Positions 43,523 to 52,780 of a stretch of 64,000 nt of DNA are shown here, piece by piece (the stretch's first letter is position 1; every line of letters begins with the position of its first letter). Origin of the DNA: Candidatus Latescibacterota bacterium (GTDB lineage: Bacteria; Latescibacterota; CBDEFO01); assembly GCA_965248755.1 (NCBI GenBank), contig OZ252149.1:4064001-4128000 (forward strand). Direction: 5' to 3'. The notes under the pieces were generated by a model. The model did no database searches. It was not told the DNA's origin and worked only from the letters and a program-made list of their open reading frames with translations. Position numbers and translations under genes: made by a program.

Positions 43523-45397
43523 CTATCTCAGAAAGTAGTATCCAAGTATTACGACTGTTCCCAGGACCATGGCGAGGGCGTAGTTTTGTATATAGCCCGA
43601 CTGCACTCGTTTCAGGACAGCGCTAAAGCCTCTTACAAAAAGTCCCACTCCGTTGACTATGCCGTCTATTATCCACATGTCAAACACGTTCGCAAGGAAG
43701 GTCGCAAATCCCCTGAAAGGGGCCAAGATGAGTGCATTGTATATTTCGTCCACGTAGTATTTGTTGGCCACAAGGATATACAGATCTCCCGCTCTATCGG
43801 CGATCTCCTCCGGCTTGATATAGCGTTTGATATAGATTATGTATGCCAGACCTATTCCCGCAAGTGCAAGGAGAACCGATATGGCAATAAGTGCCCCTTC
43901 AGAAAGCAGGGCAAACCCAGCACCCACTTCGGCTTGGGGTACTATTGCTCTCTCCAGAAAACTGTGTAACGGGCTGTGCTCTCCCATTCCGACCCAGCCA
44001 GCGATGACCGAAAATACAGCCAGAATGACCAGAGGGACGGTCATAATACGAGGCGACTCGTGGACGTGCGGTTCAACCTCAGGTTCTACTCTGGACTCTC
44101 CGAAGAAGGTCATAAATATTAGTCTGAACATGTAGAACGCTGTGAGAAACGCTGTAGCCGCACCCAGTGCCCATATCCCTATATTGCCTGAGGCGTACGC
44201 CTTTGATAGGATCTCGTCCTTGCTCCAGAATCCGCTCAAGGGAGGAATCCCCGAGATCGCAAGCGCTCCTATTATGAAAGTCCAGGCCGTAATCTTCATC
44301 TTTGAATAGAGGCCGCCCATCTTTCTCATGTCCAGTTCGTCCGACATAGCGTGCATCACGCTTCCTGCTGTCAGGAACATAAGCCCCTTGAAAAAGGCGT
44401 GCGTCATAAGGTGGAATATCCCGACGGAGTATGCTCCTATTCCCACAGCGATGAACATATATCCCAATTGGCTGACTGTGGAATAGGCCAGGACTCTCTT
44501 TATGTCGTTAGTTGTCAAAGCGATAGTCGCTGCGAATATCGCGGTGAAAGCGCCTATTAGAGCCACTACTTCCATTGAGAAGGGCGCAAGGTTATACAGG
44601 ACGTAAGAACGGGCGACCATGTAGACTCCCGCTGTGACCATCGTGGCGGCGTGTATGAGCGAACTTACGGGCGTTGGACCTTCCATCGCATCGGGCAGCC
44701 ATACGTAGAGAGGAAACTGAGCCGACTTGCCGACTGCGCCCATGAAGAGTAGCAGCGTTATGGCAGTGGCAACTCCTTGTGAGAGTTCCGTCGGAGCTGT
44801 GGAAAAGACGTCCACGAATTTCAGCGTTCCGAGGTGCATAAATATCAAAAAGAGCCCAAGAATAAAACCGAAGTCGCCGATCCTGTTGACTATAAATGCC
44901 TTTTTGCCCGCGTCGGAGGCGGACTTTTTCTCGTACCAAAATCCTATGAGCAGATACGAACAGAGTCCTACAGCCTCCCATCCGACGAACATCAAGAGGT
45001 AGTTGTTGGCAAGTACTAAAACGAGCATCGAAAAGACGAACAGATTCAGATATGTAAAGTATCTTGCGTATCCCCTGTCCCCGCGCATGTAGCCTATCGA
45101 ATAGATGTGTATGCATAGACTCACAGTAGTAACAACAAGGATCATCACTGCCGAAAGTTCGTCGAGCTTGAATCCGACTGTGGCTTCAAAACTTCCTGCC
45201 GCTATCCAACTATAAAGGTCGCCATCGAATACTTTTCCTTTTACCACGTCAAGAAAGGCTTTAATAGAGCAGAGCCAGGACAAGCCAATGGCTACGTTGG
45301 CAATATACGCGCTCTTTTCCCTGAGTTTACTCCCGAAGAGTCCGTTTATAAGAACTCCAGATAGGGGAAATAAGATTATCAATAGGATTAAGTTCAT
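43523..45397 (-). CDS. nuoL: NADH-quinone oxidoreductase subunit L
   Basis: GKSAQFPL.VWLPDAMEGPTPVS and HAFFKG. Confidence 0.97.
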   Translation of the reverse strand: MNLILLIILFPLSGVLINGLFGSKLREKSAYIANVAIGLSWLCSIKAFLDVVKGKVFDGDLYSWIAAGSFEATVGFKLDELSAVMILVVTTVSLCIHIYSIGYMRGDRGYARYFTYLNLFVFSMLVLVLANNYLLMFVGWEAVGLCSYLLIGFWYEKKSASDAGKKAFIVNRIGDFGFILGLFLIFMHLGTLKFVDVFSTAPTELSQGVATAITLLLFMGAVGKSAQFPLYVWLPDAMEGPTPVSSLIHAATMVTAGVYMVARSYVLYNLAPFSMEVVALIGAFTAIFAATIALTTNDIKRVLAYSTVSQLGYMFIAVGIGAYSVGIFHLMTHAFFKGLMFLTAGSVMHAMSDELDMRKMGGLYSKMKITAWTFIIGALAISGIPPLSGFWSKDEILSKAYASGNIGIWALGAATAFLTAFYMFRLIFMTFFGESRVEPEVEPHVHESPRIMTVPLVILAVFSVIAGWVGMGEHSPLHSFLERAIVPQAEVGAGFALLSEGALIAISVLLALAGIGLAYIIYIKRYIKPEEIADRAGDLYILVANKYYVDEIYNALILAPFRGFATFLANVFDMWIIDGIVNGVGLFVRGFSAVLKRVQSGYIQNYALAMVLGTVVILGYYFLR

Positions 45398-45415
45398 CTC
45401 AGGCTACCCTTAAAT

Positions 45416-45460
45416 AGTAGACAGCGTACAGGGACGGGAGGAGGTGCCCCCTGTCTACTT
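45416..45460. repeat. Short AGTAGAC...GTCTACT inverted-repeat unit
   Basis: AGTAGACAGCGTACAGGG...GGTGCCCCCTGTCTACT. Confidence 0.8.
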
Positions 45461-45463
45461 GTC

Positions 45464-45766
45464 TTACCATTTCATCAGATTTATCTCATCCACGTTTATG
45501 GTCTCTTTATTTCTATATATAGCTATAATAATGGCGAGTCCGACGGCCACTTCTGCGGCTGCGACGGCCATTATAAAGAATACAAAGACCTGTCCAGAAG
45601 GTGAGTTCAGATATTTAGAAAACGCTATAAAGGCTAAATTTGCTGAGTTCAACATCAACTCCACACACATAAATATTACTATTGCGTTTCTTCTGGTTAG
45701 GACACCGATTACTCCAATTGAAAAGAGCACGCCGGAAAGGAGAAGATAATAGGAAAGCGGTATCAT
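45464..45766 (-). CDS. nuoK: NADH-quinone oxidoreductase subunit K
   Basis: VELMLN and [10 protein letters not shown]. Confidence 0.97.
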   Translation of the reverse strand: MIPLSYYLLLSGVLFSIGVIGVLTRRNAIVIFMCVELMLNSANLAFIAFSKYLNSPSGQVFVFFIMAVAAAEVAVGLAIIIAIYRNKETINVDEINLMKW

Positions 45767-46509
45767 TTTACCTCCTTCCCCGATGGGCGCTCGCGCTTTG
45801 CAAGGACTACAGCTCCGATGAGTGCTACCAGCAGGATCATGGATGCCACCTCGAACGGCAGTAGATAGTCCGTAAAGAGGAGCTTGCCCATAGTTTCAGC
45901 CGTTCCGATTCCTGTTATCTCGATATAGTTTTCCCACCGTACAAATATCAGATTGTTGGCGTTGACGATCAGTTGAAGAGCACGCGCCCAGGGGAGATTC
46001 TCTATCTCTATCCCTATGGGAGTAGTACGAGCTTTAGGATCAGTGATTGGAATGCTTGCTACCTTCTCTATTATCGTAAGGGCCTCGTTGAAAGGAACAT
46101 CGGGGCTCAAAGACATGAGCTCTTGTCCGATCTCCGAAGGAGGAATCGTAGTCTGCAGATCTTCTAGGGGCGACGCCCATTGTGCGATGCTCCCAAATTC
46201 GGCTATTAAAAGGACGGCGAGTCCTATTCCGACCAAGGACCCGTATTTGAGCCTTTCTCTGCCTGCGTCTGGACGACCTAAATTGAGGAGCATGATCACA
46301 AAGAGAAAAAGAACCATTATCGCCCCGGCGTAGACCAGGACCTGCACAGCCGCTATTAGCTCTGCTCCTAAAAGAAGAAACAATCCCGCCATAAAAAAGA
46401 AGGTCACAACTAATGAAAGGGCGCTGTATAGGGGATTTCGGAATATTACGACGAAAAGGGCGGAGATGAGGGCAATCGTTGCGAAGATGAAAAAAAGTGT
46501 TTCCATCAC
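45763..46509 (-). CDS. nuoJ: NADH-quinone oxidoreductase subunit J with an internal soluble domain
   Basis: [19 protein letters not shown] and [17 protein letters not shown]; about 70 extra residues between TM4 and TM5. Confidence 0.93.
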   Translation of the reverse strand: MMETLFFIFATIALISALFVVIFRNPLYSALSLVVTFFFMAGLFLLLGAELIAAVQVLVYAGAIMVLFLFVIMLLNLGRPDAGRERLKYGSLVGIGLAVLLIAEFGSIAQWASPLEDLQTTIPPSEIGQELMSLSPDVPFNEALTIIEKVASIPITDPKARTTPIGIEIENLPWARALQLIVNANNLIFVRWENYIEITGIGTAETMGKLLFTDYLLPFEVASMILLVALIGAVVLAKRERPSGKEVK

Positions 46510-46511
46510 CT

Positions 46512-47540
46512 TTACGAGATCAACATTATGACGGTTCCCGTCACAAATATATTAAGCAGAGCCAGCGGAAGAAATACTTTCCATCCCAGGTTCATCAACT
46601 GGTCGTATCTAAATCTGGGCAGCGTCCACCGCACCCAGATAAACAGGAAAAGAAAGAATCCTGTTTTGATTACGAAGGACAAGAGCTTCAGAATGCTTGG
46701 CAGAAGTGATGTCGAGTCAGGGGATATGATCCAGGGCACGTTCCACCCTCCAAAGAAGAGCGTGACCATAAGGGCAGATGATGTGACCATATTTGCGTAT
46801 TCGGCCATATAGAACATTGTGAACTTCATGCTGCTGTACTCAGTGTGATATCCTGCCACGAGCTCCTGCTCCGCTTCAGCGAGGTCGAAGGGCAATCTAT
46901 TAGTCTCGGCGAACGCTGCGATCATAAAGAGCACAAAACCCAAAGGTTGTGTCAAGACGTTCCATTTCGGGATGAAGCCCCAATATCCCGATTGGAATTC
47001 CACCACGTCGTTGAGCCTCAAAGACCCTGTCATCATAAGGACACCAACTATAGAAAGCCCCAGGGCAAGCTCATAGCTTATCATCTGCGCAGAAGCACGC
47101 AGCCCGCCCAAAAGGGAATATTTGTTGTTGGACGCCCAACCCCCCAGGACAATCCCGTAGACCCCCAGTGAGGTAATAGCCAGTATATAGAGAATGCCTA
47201 CGTTTATATCGGCGATTTGAAGCTTTATGTCTCTTCCGAGCAGGGGGAGAGTATCCCCGAAAGGTATCACGGCAAATGTTATAAGAGCGGGGATCAAGAC
47301 CACCGCAGGAGCCATAACGTATATTACTCGGTCCACGTGATTCGGGATTATGTCCTCCTTAAAGAGGAACTTGAGTCCGTCGGCAACCGGCTGCAATAAT
47401 CCGAATGGACCCACTCTGTTGGGGCCGAGCCTGTCCTGTATGAAACCGCTTATCCTCCGTTCGGCAAGTGACAAATAAGCAACTGTGGTAAGCATAGCTC
47501 CCAGCACTACAACTATCTTGATTGTCAACTCTATTATCAG
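46512..47540 (-). CDS. nuoH: NADH-quinone oxidoreductase subunit H
   Basis: RLGPNRVGP, QMISYE, ETNRLPFD and RFRYDQLM; start uncertain (CTG 47540 or TTG 47528). Confidence 0.96.
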   Translation of the reverse strand: MIIELTIKIVVVLGAMLTTVAYLSLAERRISGFIQDRLGPNRVGPFGLLQPVADGLKFLFKEDIIPNHVDRVIYVMAPAVVLIPALITFAVIPFGDTLPLLGRDIKLQIADINVGILYILAITSLGVYGIVLGGWASNNKYSLLGGLRASAQMISYELALGLSIVGVLMMTGSLRLNDVVEFQSGYWGFIPKWNVLTQPLGFVLFMIAAFAETNRLPFDLAEAEQELVAGYHTEYSSMKFTMFYMAEYANMVTSSALMVTLFFGGWNVPWIISPDSTSLLPSILKLLSFVIKTGFFLFLFIWVRWTLPRFRYDQLMNLGWKVFLPLALLNIFVTGTVIMLIS

Positions 47541-48052
47541 GGTTCCATCTCCTCAATTTTCCTCAAGGCCTCGGGGACTTCATATAGAGAAGTGACCTTT
47601 GTCGTCGGCTCTGCTTCGGGGCCATCAGCGTCTATAGGGAACCGGTCGTTCCACCTGTGCAATATACATTTGATGCCGTATCGGTTGGCTCCCACGATGT
47701 CCGTATCCACCCTGTCTCCGATCATTACGACTTCGGACGGTTCTAATGTAAGGCGATCCAATGCGACTTGGAATATCCCGGGGTGGGGCTTGTCAGAACC
47801 TACGTCCACAGACGTTATCACGGCTTCAAACTTATCCTTCCAACCCATTATCTCAAGCGCTCTTTGTATATCGGGTTCACGAGATGTGATCGTGTTGCTA
47901 ACAAGGGCGAGTCTATATCTTCCTGACAGGTATTCGATAAGCTCGTCTGCGCCCTCTACCTTCAAGAAGACATCCTTTTGCCATATCGATAGGCCGCTGT
48001 CATCCTCGGCCATCAATGTATCTCCGAAGTCGAAAAATATTGCCTTGATCAT
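47537..48052 (-). CDS. HAD-family hydrolase
   Basis: FFDFGDTL, LVSN, KPHPGIF and IGDRVDTD. Confidence 0.9.
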   Translation of the reverse strand: MIKAIFFDFGDTLMAEDDSGLSIWQKDVFLKVEGADELIEYLSGRYRLALVSNTITSREPDIQRALEIMGWKDKFEAVITSVDVGSDKPHPGIFQVALDRLTLEPSEVVMIGDRVDTDIVGANRYGIKCILHRWNDRFPIDADGPEAEPTTKVTSLYEVPEALRKIEEMEP

Positions 48053-48143
48053 TTTGCCGAATGGGCAAACACCGCAGGGCGCTGGCCCGCGTGTGTGTCC
48101 TGAAATATGGATAAATCGGTCGAACACACAGGTTCGCCGCTAC

Positions 48144-49448
48144 TTATTTAAAGGGGCATCTACCGAGCTTTACGTGCTCGTGGAACTCGTCTTTGAACTT
48201 GAGGACAAATCCAGCCGAAGGCCAGGCAAACGCCGCTCCGAAAGCGCAGACCGTTGTGAAGGGGAGCTTCATAAATCCGCATACGTTTTCCGCTACATCG
48301 ACTATTAAATCCATATCTTTCATCCGGCCATTTCCCTTTTCGATTCTCTCAGCTATGTTTCTTATCCAGGGCGCACCTTCTCTGCACGGAGTACACTGAC
48401 CGCACGACTCGTGAGCATAAAACTTCATAATGTTCAAAAGAGCGTCCACCATACAGACCGTCTCGTCCATCACTATAACTGCACCTGTCCCGATGTGGCT
48501 CATCACAGACCCACCACCCAGCGAAAAGGACTCCGGCGTCATCTCCACATCCAGATCATCGGGTCCCAGTGGCGGATAGGAAGATCCCCCAGGCAGGACA
48601 GCTTTCAGTTCATGCCCGTCCCTTGTACCGCCGGCGTAGCCGTAGATTATGTCCCTTAGAGGAGTGCCCATCTCAAGCTCGTATATCCCCGGTCTTTTTA
48701 CGTGCCCGCTTACGCAGAACACAGATGTCCCTGGCGTCTCTTGTGCACCGATACCCCTGAACCAATCTGCTCCGTTGTTGACTATTTGAGGTACATAGGC
48801 CAGAGTCATCACATTGTTCACCGTGGTGGGACATCCGAATATGCCCCTTTGGGCTGGAAATGGGGGTTTTATTCGTGGGTATGGCCTTTTTCCCTCTAAA
48901 GACTCCATAAGCCCCGTCTCCTCGCCGCAGATGTACGCCCCTGCTCCGAGATGGACGTACATATCCAAGCTGTAATCCGTGCCCAATATGTTTTTGCCCA
49001 GAAATCCCCTTTCGTAGGCCTCTTCTATGCACTTTTCTATCAGCTCTATCGTGTTGAACATCTCCCCGCGTATATAGTAGTAGCAGGTGCTGACCCTCAT
49101 AGCGTAGGATGCGATTATTGAGCCTTCGATAGTAAGGTGAGGATCGCCCTCCATAAGGACTCGGTCCTTGAACGACCCTGGTTCGCTCTCGTCCGCATTT
49201 ACACACAGATAGGAGGGGACCTTGGGCTCTTTGGGCATAAAATTCCATTTTAAGCCGGTCGCAAACCAGGCGCCGCCTCTCCCTTTGAGCTTAGATCTAT
49301 CCACGTCCTCTATGACCTGGTCGGGAGTCATCTTACTCAAAGCCTTTTCGAGGGCTTTGTATCCACCGTGCTCTATATAGACGTCTATATCCTGTATGTT
49401 GGGGACGTCAACATTTTTGAGAAGAATTCTCTTTTCTGGCATATGCAC
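48144..49448 (-). CDS. nuoF: NADH-quinone oxidoreductase subunit F
   Basis: NADESEPG, GAYICGEETGL and ESCGQCTPCREG. Confidence 0.95.
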   Translation of the reverse strand: MHMPEKRILLKNVDVPNIQDIDVYIEHGGYKALEKALSKMTPDQVIEDVDRSKLKGRGGAWFATGLKWNFMPKEPKVPSYLCVNADESEPGSFKDRVLMEGDPHLTIEGSIIASYAMRVSTCYYYIRGEMFNTIELIEKCIEEAYERGFLGKNILGTDYSLDMYVHLGAGAYICGEETGLMESLEGKRPYPRIKPPFPAQRGIFGCPTTVNNVMTLAYVPQIVNNGADWFRGIGAQETPGTSVFCVSGHVKRPGIYELEMGTPLRDIIYGYAGGTRDGHELKAVLPGGSSYPPLGPDDLDVEMTPESFSLGGGSVMSHIGTGAVIVMDETVCMVDALLNIMKFYAHESCGQCTPCREGAPWIRNIAERIEKGNGRMKDMDLIVDVAENVCGFMKLPFTTVCAFGAAFAWPSAGFVLKFKDEFHEHVKLGRCPFK

Positions 49449-49497
49449 TAATAGAGTAAATATTAATCAGTAGGGAGGGCGCACTGCCTCTCTTCCC

Positions 49498-49676
49498 TTG
49501 AGATTGCCCTCGATTGAACCCCCGACAGATTCAATCGGGGGTCGGGGATTGCTTCGGGGGTCTGCTCATCGTAATGACAGAAGCCGAGAACAAAACAATG
49601 TCATTGCGATTCTCCTGAACTGCTATTCAGAGCAGACCAATCTCAGTCAGACTGCCTCTCGGCGTTTGCTGTCTAT
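49498..49676. repeat. Composite repeat: REP-like doublet containing nested palindromes (49507-49547)
   Basis: GAGATTG[CCCTCGATTGAA[CCCCCGACAGATTCAATCGGGGG]TCGGGG]ATTGCTTCG...CGTAATGACA...TGTCATTGCGA...CAATCTC...GCTGTCTA. Confidence 0.85.
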
Positions 49677-49681
49677 CTTTC

Positions 49682-50167
49682 TCATTCCAATTTATCCAGA
49701 ATCCCGTCCACGTTCTCGTCCGTCAGATTCTGGTACAGGTCTTCGTTTACCAGCATCACAGGGGCCGTCCCGCAGGAGGCGAGGCATTCCACTTTTTCTA
49801 TCGAGAACCTCTTATCACCAGTCGTCTCCCCGATCTCCACTCTGAGTTTCTCTTTCAGATGTTGAACTAATGTCCTGGATCCTGTAAGCGCACAGCTTAA
49901 TGTGCTGCACACCCTTATATGATATTTCCCCACGGGCTTCGTTTTGAGCATAGGATAGAAGCTCACCACCGCGGCGACCCTCACAGGAGGTATCTCTAAA
50001 AGATCGGCGACGTACTTTTGAGCTTCTACGGTAAGGTAGCCCCCCATTTCATTTTGCACAACATGGAGGACGGGGATCATAGCGGCCTGTTTGTCGGGGT
50101 ATCTGGATATTATCCTTTGCAGATGTCCCTCAGTTTCCTTGGAGATATCCACTCTGTTCTGCATCAT
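49682..50167 (-). CDS. nuoE: NADH-quinone oxidoreductase subunit E
   Basis: CSTLSC...ECLASC 2Fe-2S motif. Confidence 0.95.
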   Translation of the reverse strand: MMQNRVDISKETEGHLQRIISRYPDKQAAMIPVLHVVQNEMGGYLTVEAQKYVADLLEIPPVRVAAVVSFYPMLKTKPVGKYHIRVCSTLSCALTGSRTLVQHLKEKLRVEIGETTGDKRFSIEKVECLASCGTAPVMLVNEDLYQNLTDENVDGILDKLE

Positions 50168-51906
50168 CTATCGAGCTCTCCTGCGATGATGTTGAGACTC
50201 CCAAGGACAGCCACGATGTCTGAGTACATATGTCCTTTGATCATATGAGGGAAGGCTTGATAGTTGATAAAGGACGGGGGTCTTACTCTTACTCTGTAGG
50301 GGAATCCGCTTCCGTCGCTGACTATGTAGAACCCGAGTTCGCCGTTGGGGGATTCTGTGCTGGAGTAGATCTCAGCTTTGGGGGGCTCTATCCCGTGCCC
50401 TGTCATTATAAGTTTGAAGTGGTGAATGAGCGATTCCATCCTGTTATAGACCTCATCCTTTTCGGGGAGTATGACTTTCGCGTCCGGTACTTTGACTGGT
50501 CCGTCGGGTAGATTCTCCATAGCCTGTTTTACTATGTTGTTGCTCTGGATCATCTCCTCCATCCTGACAAGGTAACGGTCGTAGGCGTCGCCGTTGTCGC
50601 CTGTGGGGATCTCAAATTCAAATTCCTCGTAAGAAGAATAGGGTTCGGCTTTTCTTATATCCCATTCAACGCCTGATCCTCTGAGAATGGGTCCTGTAAG
50701 GCTGTAGGATATTGCGTCTTCGGCTGAGATTACGCCTATGCCCTTTGTCCTGTCGATCCATATTCTATTTTTGGTCAAAAGGTCATCTATATCTTTGAGT
50801 CTCTTCGGAAAGTGTCTTGTGAAGTCTTCGACCATCTCCTTGAAGTTCTCAGGGACGTCCTCAAATAGCCCTCCGACTCTCGTATAGCTTGTGGTCAGCC
50901 TCGTACCTGTAACGGCATCAAAGATATCGTAGAGCTTTTCTCTCTCTTTGAAGGCCCACAGAAAGGCCGTAAACGCCCCCAGATCCAGAGCCGCCGTTCC
51001 GAGCCATACTACGTGATCGGATATTCTGGAAAGTTCATAGAGGATGACTCTGATGTATTGGGCTCTTTTGGGCACCTCGATGTCCAAAAGCTTCTCCACA
51101 GCTATCGCATATCCGATGTTATTAGATAGGGGAGACATGTAGTTCATCCTGTCCGTCAAGGTGATGAACTGGTTGTAGTCGAGGTTTTCGCCGAGCTTTT
51201 CGAACCCCGTGTGGAGGTAGCCTATGTCGGGTATAACGTTGACCACCTTTTCTCCGTCCAGTTCGAGGACGAGCCTCAAAGTCCCATGGGTGGCCGGATG
51301 CTGCGGTCCGAAGTTCAACACCATCCTCTCACCGGAGAGCCTGTCGCCTTCGGTCTCCGATTTGCCTGCTATCTTTTCGACTGTGGACATTGAGATTTCA
51401 TCAAATCCGGGATCGGGATTGGCTATCCTGTCCCTTTCCCCCCTGCCTCTTAAGGGATAGTCCTTTCTTAGAGGATAGCCCTCAAAGTCTGAGGGCATCA
51501 GTATCCTTCTTAAGTCCGGATGTCCCTTGAACTTGATCCCGAACATGTCGTAGACTTCCCTTTCGGTCCAGATTGCCCCCATCCATATAGGCAAAACTGA
51601 GTCAAGAGTGGGGTCAGATTCTTCAACGGGAACTTTAACCCTGAGCCTCTGTCCTGTTTTGTAGGAGTAGAGATGATAGACCACGGAGAACCTTGGATGT
51701 CTGTCCATCGCGAGGTAGTCTACGCAGGAGAGGTCCACAAGATAGTCATACTGAAGGTCTGGGTCTTCCTTGAGGAATTTGAGGAGGTCGAAGGATCTCT
51801 GTTTGTTTATGTTTAAAGTGGTCTCATCCCTGAAATCTTCGACTTCAAGCAGAGCGCCGGAAAATCGGGAGTTTATCTTATCTATAGCTGATGTATCGTC
51901 GCCCAT
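50164..51906 (-). CDS. nuoCD: Fused NADH-quinone oxidoreductase subunit C/D
   Basis: EREVYDMFGI...LRKDYP (C), then GPQHPATHG, DRMNY and GELDR (D). Confidence 0.95.
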   Translation of the reverse strand: MGDDTSAIDKINSRFSGALLEVEDFRDETTLNINKQRSFDLLKFLKEDPDLQYDYLVDLSCVDYLAMDRHPRFSVVYHLYSYKTGQRLRVKVPVEESDPTLDSVLPIWMGAIWTEREVYDMFGIKFKGHPDLRRILMPSDFEGYPLRKDYPLRGRGERDRIANPDPGFDEISMSTVEKIAGKSETEGDRLSGERMVLNFGPQHPATHGTLRLVLELDGEKVVNVIPDIGYLHTGFEKLGENLDYNQFITLTDRMNYMSPLSNNIGYAIAVEKLLDIEVPKRAQYIRVILYELSRISDHVVWLGTAALDLGAFTAFLWAFKEREKLYDIFDAVTGTRLTTSYTRVGGLFEDVPENFKEMVEDFTRHFPKRLKDIDDLLTKNRIWIDRTKGIGVISAEDAISYSLTGPILRGSGVEWDIRKAEPYSSYEEFEFEIPTGDNGDAYDRYLVRMEEMIQSNNIVKQAMENLPDGPVKVPDAKVILPEKDEVYNRMESLIHHFKLIMTGHGIEPPKAEIYSSTESPNGELGFYIVSDGSGFPYRVRVRPPSFINYQAFPHMIKGHMYSDIVAVLGSLNIIAGELDR

Positions 51907-51934
51907 AGCATTTCTTGGACAGAACCCAGGAGAC

Positions 51935-52300
51935 CTAATCCCAGTCCAATCCACCTTTTCTCCATACGTACAAAAAGCCGATGAAGAGTACGCCGATAAA
52001 AGCCGCCATCTCTATAAATATAAATGATCCTAGAGGCAGCAGTTTTCTGAAAACTACCGCCCAGGGATATAGAAAGACCACTTCTATATCGAATATGATA
52101 AATATTATGGCGATAAAATAAAATTTCACCGAGAATCTGAGCCTTGCATCTCCAACAGGAGGGACTCCTGATTCGTAAGGTGAAAGCTTAATACTGTCGC
52201 TTTTTCTGGGTCCGAAAAGATAGCTGGTCAGCAGAATAGCAGCGGCAAGGCCGACAGCTATTATCAAAAGCAGAAGTATAGGAAGATAGTCACTTGGCAT
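51935..52300 (-). CDS. nuoA: NADH-quinone oxidoreductase subunit A
   Basis: PYESG and FDIEVVFLYPWA. Confidence 0.97.
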   Translation of the reverse strand: MPSDYLPILLLLIIAVGLAAAILLTSYLFGPRKSDSIKLSPYESGVPPVGDARLRFSVKFYFIAIIFIIFDIEVVFLYPWAVVFRKLLPLGSFIFIEMAAFIGVLFIGFLYVWRKGGLDWD

Positions 52301-52379
52301 AAACTGTTATATATATTGGACTTACAGACGAGTTCATTTCCAAAGAGGATTCACTATACAATGTAGACTTAGAAATAAA

Positions 52380-52408
52380 AGTATATGATAATGCGAGCCA
52401 AAAGTCAA
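52380..52408 (-). promoter_or_regulatory. Putative sigma70 promoter of the nuo(-atp) operon
   Basis: TTGACT-N17-TATACT, 80 bp upstream of nuoA. Confidence 0.65.
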
Positions 52409-52459
52409 GTGAAATAGGCGCAGATAGGCGAAAAATATCTGATTGATAGGGCAGGAATT

Positions 52460-52510
52460 GAGATCGCTTCGCTTGGCTCGCACTGACAATTTAGGGGACT
52501 CGCAATGACA
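52460..52510. repeat. REP-like unit (GAGATCGCTTCG...CTCGCAATGACA)
   Basis: Same family as 41263, 49498 and 53779. Confidence 0.7.
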
Positions 52511-52717
52511 TTGCCCGGCTTGGGCTTTGGGTGATTGAGAGGGGCACTCCCCCAGGACTGCACCTGCAACTTTCGGCATGATCGCTTTTCACAGAATATG
52601 GCCTGCCACAGCCGATGCCTCTACAGCCGCTATAAGCCCCAAAGCCAGCACTTCAGAAGGAGGACTTGTCTTTGCATGATGAAGCTACTTTGTTTGTTGT
52701 GGGACAATGCGGCTTGC

Positions 52718-52780
52718 GATGTCTATAAGAAGATGTCTATAAGAAGATGTCTTTAAGAATCGAAGATGTCTTTAAGAATC
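52718..52780. repeat. Tandem ~14-bp repeat GATGTCTWTAAGAA x4
   Basis: Direct reading; abuts the stop codon of the cyclodeaminase gene. Confidence 0.85.

Noticed and set aside
48053..48143. CGVCPFGK peptide upstream of the HAD gene as a nuoG or ferredoxin remnant
   Set aside because: Too short to support; no further similarity recognised
52535..52717. Possible gene fragment on the - strand (SEVLALGLIAAVEASAVAG)
   Set aside because: Interrupted by stops and no family recognised
52718..52780. Possible CRISPR array
   Set aside because: Units are 14 bp with no spacers, and there are no cas genes
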